64,000 nucleotides of DNA from Plasmodiophora brassicae (Eukaryota). The position numbers and the translations under genes were made by a program. Below the pieces are notes generated by a model. That model saw only the letters and a program-made list of their open reading frames with translations, was not told where the DNA came from and did not search any database. The stretch spans positions 124,001 to 188,000 of the forward strand of contig CP145414.1 of NCBI GenBank assembly GCA_036867785.1. The letters are read 5' to 3'. Of the stretch, positions 60,018 to 64,000 are shown piece by piece. Position 1 is the stretch's first letter, and the number at the start of each line of letters is the position of its first letter.

Positions 60018-61126
60018 TGGCGAACGCCCCGTGACGACCGTGATCGGCTCATAACCGTTGAGACGTCGACTTGGCGTGTGATTAATGACGTGCTGAACGA
60101 CTGGACACAAGTACGGCCAGTTGTGCGTCGTAATCTGGGCCTCGTTCAGGATCGAACGCATGACGTTGAGCACAGTGCGGTTTGCGCGCTCCACCGTGCC
60201 ATTGGCCCATGGACAGTATGCAGTCGTGATGTGATGCTGAACATCTCGTAACCTGGTAAGCTCCTCCATGATTTCCGCCGTGAAGTGTGAACCACCGTCC
60301 GTGACCAGGTACTCAGGCGTCGCGAAATCATCAATCCACTGATTCAGAGCTTCCGTAGCAACACGACTTGTCGCCTCAGCTGATGGGATCAGGCGTACGT
60401 AGCCGCTGAAGTCATCCTTCAGGAGCAGGATGTACTTGTACTGGTGGTCCGTGCCCCTGACTGGCTCCACGTAGAGGTAATCCATGGTGAGCACGTCGAA
60501 CGGTTTGTGGCCATGCAACGCTTCACCAAGTGGTCTTGGAACTTTCTTACCACCGCGTGTCGTAATGCAATGCAGGCATTGCTGGCACATCGCTTGAATG
60601 TCCTGACTGATCTTCTTCCAGACGAAGCGCTCCATGATCATCTGCTTGGTTACGTCGTACGCACGATGACCAGCGCTCGCGCAATGACCAATACTCAGGA
60701 TCCGTAGTCGTAGACTCTTGCAATCCAGATGGCATGGGATGAGGACAGCTTTGTCCTCGTTCTTCCACAAACGATCCACTGGACCGAAAATAAATTCATT
60801 CGCAATACAAAACTCCGCCTATTGGCGCTGTACCCAGATATGATACATTGACAATATAGAACGATGTACCGTGTCTGCGCAGTCCAGTAGATTGAAGCCA
60901 TATATAACTGCATTCCGACTGCGCGGCGCAATATGTCCCCGACATGTATATCTGTACTCCGGATGCACTGCGTAATACGTCGCTGGACATCCGATCGCTG
61001 ACGTCTGTATCGATAATGTATGGGCTAAATACTTGTGCTGTATCCGACTACGATACATTGTGAGTACGAACGCCATGTATTTCCAAGACTTCTGAAACGA
61101 ATGGGATCGCGTATTGTATTCACATT

Positions 61127-62390
61127 TCACATCTCAGAGTTTTCTGTGACAACACCATCGTCCCGTGCCGTTCGACGGAAGCGTCCTGGCCGCGCCCGCG
61201 CTAGATGCCGCCGGATCCAATGGCCAACGTGCCGTGCCAAGTCGACCTTGGTGGACAGCGTTAAGTTGTCGAACATCGGGCACTGCAGTGCTAATTCACT
61301 TCGTAAAACGTCCAGGAAACAGAACCAATCCTGAGGAAGCCCCTGTTGCTGCAGGTGACTGACACAGCGGTCAACGATTCCAATGTCGCGGAAGACGTCC
61401 GCGTTGACATCGATGCCGTTGTCGGTGATCGACTGCTTCAACTTTGCGAGAAAATCCATCAGCAAGCTTGGGTTGTCGATCAGGCACGCTTTCTGCCTCT
61501 TGACAGGTCTCTTGTTGCTTGTCGAGATGCCTGAGGCGAGCCGTCGATGCTTGAGCTCATTTTGGATGACTGTAACGCCTCCAAATAAGAAACAAGGCCG
61601 ACATGGAACGCTTACCCGAACTTACAGATTTTGATTTCTTCGAACGGAAACGTCTCGGCAACGGCCTGCTCGATCTGGTGTTCCTCCACAAGCCATTGCT
61701 GTACCCGTCTTAGCAACTCCTTCTTGGTGGACAAGGCCACAATATCTGCCAGCTTGTGGTCCGGGACCAACCTGCCAACGGAACATGTCAAACTTGTTGC
61801 AAACGAGATATAGATTATACATACTGCTTCAACGTTTCCTTGCAAAAGAGGAGAAGTTGAACGCGCGCCGAGTCGGTCCTCTGACGGACACCTTTGCCGA
61901 GAAACGACTGCAGGTGAGGGTGGATCAACAGATCCCGCGAACGCTTGAACATCTCCTTAACGGTCCCGTCTTTGCAACGCCGCTGCCGCCCTTCCCAAGT
62001 TTTTTCCTCACAGCTAATGGAAGACATTCACACGAATGATAGTGCGGACGAGCGTCATCCGTGCAACCTTTCTTCCCGATCGGACACTGGCGGTGAAGAA
62101 GGCAGTTGATTTGAAGGAGACGTGTCCAGGCCATGACGACGAGACCGCTCGTCTTCGTCTTCCAGCGACGCGGTTGACGAAGACGGAACCACGGCTGGCG
62201 CGGCTTGAGCGCGACTTCGCGAACGTCCCTGCCGGCGAGAAGATGCGGGCGCCATCGATGTCGTACGGTAGTCCTTTCAAATAATGCGCCTCCGCCGCCC
62301 CCTCGGCCCTGGCGGATGTTGGCGGAGTCCGTGACCCACTTATTAGGGCCAACCTCAATATACCGCAGCATGCGCATGACATGACCGGTG
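61127..62390 (-). CDS. Hypothetical spliced ORF inside the putative element (boundaries approximate)
   Basis: Protein-like exons VPDHKLADIVALSTKKELLRRVQQWL... and LMDFLAKLKQSITDNG... are separated by GT-AG-like gaps. Confidence 0.35.
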
Positions 62391-62572
62391 TTTAAAGACA
62401 CCATTTTCCGGCGCAACCCGTGGCCGTGACGGTGAGGTGGTTGTGTGGCCGTGGGTGACTCACGTACCGGCGTCTGCCCAGTTGGGGCAGGGATCGATGG
62501 GTCTCGTGACACAGTGCTTCCCGGTGCAGAATCGAGCCCATGCGACGTGGCACTACGAGGCCCCGCGTATCG

Positions 62573-64000
62573 ATGTCACCCCCCAAACGCAACGTTCGCC
62601 ACCGCGCGACCGCGTCCGATTCTAGTCGTCTATGGCCGCCATCGAATTCTTCGCGATCACCTTGGGATCCACGAGTTCCTTCGCGTCCGGATTTGTTACC
62701 ATCCGGGGATGGTAACCAGGTGCCGCTGCATCTCCACCGCCGAGGGTTGTCCCCACCCTATGACAGTGATGACAGCGGAGCACCGTCACTTGACGACAAC
62801 CCGCAAGGGCGCCCCGTTGGCGGTATACCGCAACCTGGTAGCGCAGCCCTACTTCGTAATGATGAAGACGACGGCTGGTCCCCGTTGGAAAGCAGCGACG
62901 AGGACGGCAGGTGCTCTGGGCGGGCGCCTCCTCGCAGGGAACCTCTACCAGGCGCCCTATCGCCGCCTGGTAGTGATGGAACGGCGCCAAATGATTCTGA
63001 CAGGGGCTGGACGCCGCCCGAAAGCAGCGACGAAGCACTGCCTGACATGGGTGACGGCCGATGCGCTGGGTGGACCCCTCCTGGTGGAAGCGACTCTTCT
63101 GGTCCAGTGTATTCGCAAGCCAGACTGCCCGTGCCAGGCGGCCTATCACCGCCTGGCAGCGCGGAACTGGTTCCGAGTGATGAAGACCGCGTTTGCTCCC
63201 CACCTGAAAGCAGCGACGAAGCATTGCCTAACATGGAAGACGGATTTGCAGCACAGACGTTTCCTCGTCTTTGCGAGTCGTCTGCTTCAGTGAATTCCCA
63301 AGGTATGGAGCCTCTACAATATGATTTATTGACGCCTGGTTTTGAAGAGCTTGTGCCAGGTGATGAATGTGTCGGCTGGACACCCCCTGAAAGCAGCTGC
63401 GAGGCATCACGGTTTGACAGTGACGACGACGTTGCTCCCTATGCTGAGTTGCAATCACCAGTATTATCGGATAGTGGCGGTGCCAGCTTCTCGCCAGCCT
63501 TCGCTGGTGATGATGGATTTCTGGTTGAGTTCAACGGGTAATTCCATCTGGTATCGGAGTGGTCATCAATTGTTAATTTGACATTGATGCAAAGGGTGGC
63601 GCCTATTATCCCTGATTGCGAGTCCCATTCGATTGTCAGCAGTGATGTTGGCCACCCCGGGAATGTCCCGAGTGACGGCCAGCGCGCCAATATGTCGTCT
63701 CAGAGTTCCGACTTGGACGTCGACAACCCGATTGTTCCGGTTCTCAAGCAGCAAGGTCCACGATCATATCCCAGGATGACTGTGGACAGCAAAACCGGGA
63801 AGGCGGAGTTCCAAGCATCAGACGTTGTACAGGCCGGCGATATGCTTGACGAATGTCAACAGGTAAGATTCCCGAATCATTTGTGGGATAGTATGGTCTG
63901 ACACCTTTTAATTTGGTACACCTATATGTAGGCGTTGGTCGCATATTTGAAAGAGCACATCGGAGCGATGTTGAAACGTCCACATGAACCATCTGATGGA
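62573..64000 (+). CDS. Hypothetical spliced ORF with acidic Ser/Pro repeats, continues past window end
   Basis: Repeated GW(S/T)PPESSDE and LSPPGS motifs. Candidate introns start near 63538 and 63863. Confidence 0.4.

Larger units (their letters stand above)
55552..60776 (-). mobile_element. Ty3/gypsy chromovirus-type integrase-chromodomain region, split by nested insertions
   Basis: HHCC (HCASAGH...CQQCLHC); D-D-E core (TMDY, VTDGGSHF, ANGTVERANR); GPY motif (QWRGPYRV); chromodomain (IKVLWSGFGEAEATWEP). The frame is restored on removing 56528-60020 and 55954-56209. Confidence 0.92.
60777..64000. mobile_element. Probable second CACTG-terminated element truncating the gypsy pol; runs off the window
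   Basis: Integrase homology stops at cactggaccgaaaataaattc. Then ~350 bp rich in ATAC/GTAT submotifs. The other end is not in the window. Confidence 0.55.

Overview
Compact, GC-rich eukaryotic (protist) genomic DNA with short GT-AG introns (mostly 50-80 nt) and very small intergenic gaps. The style resembles a plasmodiophorid such as Plasmodiophora brassicae; this is inference only. A gene-dense core (~2.3-53.6 kb, 23 genes) lies between two decayed-transposon zones. Housekeeping genes in the core are USE1, exportin-7, ArgRS, RPL7, V-ATPase c'', BolA and a histone-fold protein. The core also has many surface and signalling genes: a PA-domain 7TM protein, two class-C GPCRs whose ectodomain is a bacterial-type trehalose/maltose-binding protein bracketing two paralogous secreted proteins, a 3807-aa SMB/IPT/Cys-repeat multipass protein, and a 4xGAF TKL kinase. 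Odd enzymes include an ArgRS with a PheT-like OB-fold inserted in its catalytic domain, a SWIRM-amine oxidase-SRI protein apparently lacking the catalytic Lys, and a GST with a degenerate G-site. The right end is a nest of elements: a chromovirus-type Ty3/gypsy integrase interrupted by a TA-flanked MITE, a complete CACTG...CAGTG element with a 3-bp TSD (itself carrying a perfect 70-bp palindromic insertion with a 4-bp TSD), and probably a second CACTG element. All family calls are by-eye motif recognition; no database search was run.
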